Source: Podarcis tiliguerta | Taxonomy: Eukaryota | DNA: 64,000 nucleotides | Assembly: GCA_965153285.1 (NCBI GenBank) | Contig: OZ229129.1 | Strand: one strand, 5' to 3' | Part shown: piece by piece, positions 62,839 to 64,000 of the stretch | Layout of the letters: each line of letters opens with the position of its first letter | Numbering within the stretch: the first letter of the stretch is position 1 | The notes under the pieces: model-generated | What the model was told of the DNA's origin: nothing | Database searches by the model: none | The model's input: the letters and a program-made list of their open reading frames with translations, nothing else | Program-made: the position numbers and the translations under genes

Positions 62839-63598
62839 TGTCAGGGGTTCAGGAGCAGAGGCACAGGAGAGGGAGGAAATGGAGAGCGAAGGGCAGGAGT
62901 CCGAAGGAAATGTCAGCGATGACAGCAATCCGAGGTCTCTGAGTCTTTCCAGTGACTCGGAGGATTCACAGAAAGGGGCCCCCATAGTCAGGGCAAGAGG
63001 AGTGCCCAGGGGGACACCTCGGGAAGAAGGGGCCAGAGGGGACTCAGAGAGCAGCAGCTGGAAATCAGGACCAGCGTCCCCCCCAGAGTGCAGTAGGGGG
63101 GAGGAGTCCCAGGCATCGGGATCAGGTGGCGCGCGGGCAGCGGGAGAACAGGAGGCAGGAGTGACCACACCCCCGTCGGGGAGCGAGGAAACGGTCATCA
63201 GGAAAGTTAAACGCGCGCGTGCGCCAAGTTCAAATGTACAGGAGGGCGGCACGGTGGGCAGCCCGGGTAGGGAGCCAAGTCCTAAAGCCCGCCGAAGAGA
63301 GTGGGAGGAGTCAGGGGGGTCAACGTCTGCGTCGGAAGAGTCCAGGAGGGAGGAGACCCCGGGGGGTAGTAGGACCCAGAGGAAAAGAGAGAGGAGGAAG
63401 AGGTGGAGTAAGATTAGAGTCTTAAACTGGTGTACAGGGGGCGGAGACTCAGACGGAGCTTCGCCGGTCTAGACTCTAGACGTAGAGCTGGGACGCTGAG
63501 GTTTGGAAATGGAAACTATACTTCAATAAAGACTTTGGTACTTTACTACCGGCTAGCGTTGGTCCTCTGTGAGCTGGGACCAGGAGCCAGCTCTGACA
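62839..63598 (+). mobile_element. Young solo LTR (Gypsy-like), 760 bp
   Basis: TGTCAG...CTGACA termini, perfect 5-bp TSD gacat (62834-62838 / 63599-63603), AATAAA near 63525, CpG-rich. Confidence 0.9.
62879..63472 (+). CDS. 197-aa S/E/G/R-rich ORF wholly inside the LTR; function unknown
   Basis: ATG in good context (gaaATGg), no stops, basic cluster RKRERRKRW; low complexity, so may be fortuitous. Confidence 0.35.
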   Translation: MESEGQESEGNVSDDSNPRSLSLSSDSEDSQKGAPIVRARGVPRGTPREEGARGDSESSSWKSGPASPPECSRGEESQASGSGGARAAGEQEAGVTTPPSGSEETVIRKVKRARAPSSNVQEGGTVGSPGREPSPKARRREWEESGGSTSASEESRREETPGGSRTQRKRERRKRWSKIRVLNWCTGGGDSDGASPV

Positions 63599-63791
63599 GA
63601 CATGCATTTATATACACACAGTGAGACCATAACATACAGAGATTTAACATGTGAATATTCAGCTTTATGTGCACGTCAAAATAAATAAATAAATAGGGAT
63701 AGAAAGGGGGCAGAGTTCTGGGGAAAGTGAGTCAATGCATTTTTGGCTTTAGGTACAATCCCTGGAACATGCGGGCCTTCTTTAATATTAT

Positions 63792-64000
63792 TGTTATGAG
63801 TTCAAGGGTAGCAGACTCCCCTAAATTCATGGACCCAGTAAATGTTAGAATTTCATCAATGTTTGCAGCATTAAACTGGGTGCCAGACTGTGAACCCCTG
63901 GATTCATCTTATGTTGAACTGTAAGCCAGGCTGACTTCCTCATGAGGTAATCACCTGGGTGATGAGCCATTAAGAGGAAACAAAGGAAAGGTAATGGCCC
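63792..64000 (+). mobile_element. Solo LTR-like element start, runs off the window
   Basis: tgttatgag start; homologous to 41068-41650 (reverse) and 18808-19282. Confidence 0.65.

Noticed and set aside
62765-62878. N-terminal extension of the 235-aa ORF
   Set aside because: Starts outside the LTR in (TTTG)n flanking DNA; chance fusion

Overview
Vertebrate genomic DNA, most likely a squamate and probably a lacertid lizard, inferred from Sauria SINEs, Bov-B, a Ther1/Squam3-like SINE and squamate CR1/L2 tails. I could not support any host protein-coding exon. The window reads as a large intron or intergenic region with many nested transposons and AT-rich, homeobox-motif-dense unique blocks. The only long intact ORF is a Rex1/Babar LINE (AP endonuclease + RT) inserted inside a Sauria SINE. 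The most unexpected signal is a heavily decayed minus-strand segment (~29.7-34.2 kb). Its translations carry, in collinear order, motifs resembling the L polymerase of negative-strand RNA viruses (Mononegavirales, borna/rhabdo-like), so it is a candidate endogenous viral element interrupted by later TEs. Also notable: a young 760-bp solo LTR with a 5-bp TSD that contains a 197-codon ORF, a fish-like Tc1 remnant, two Ngaro/DIRS-like terminal-repeat remnants, a three-piece deleted L2, and a compact RFX/CRE/GC-box promoter-like island. Family names and viral comparisons come from recalled sequences, not database searches.
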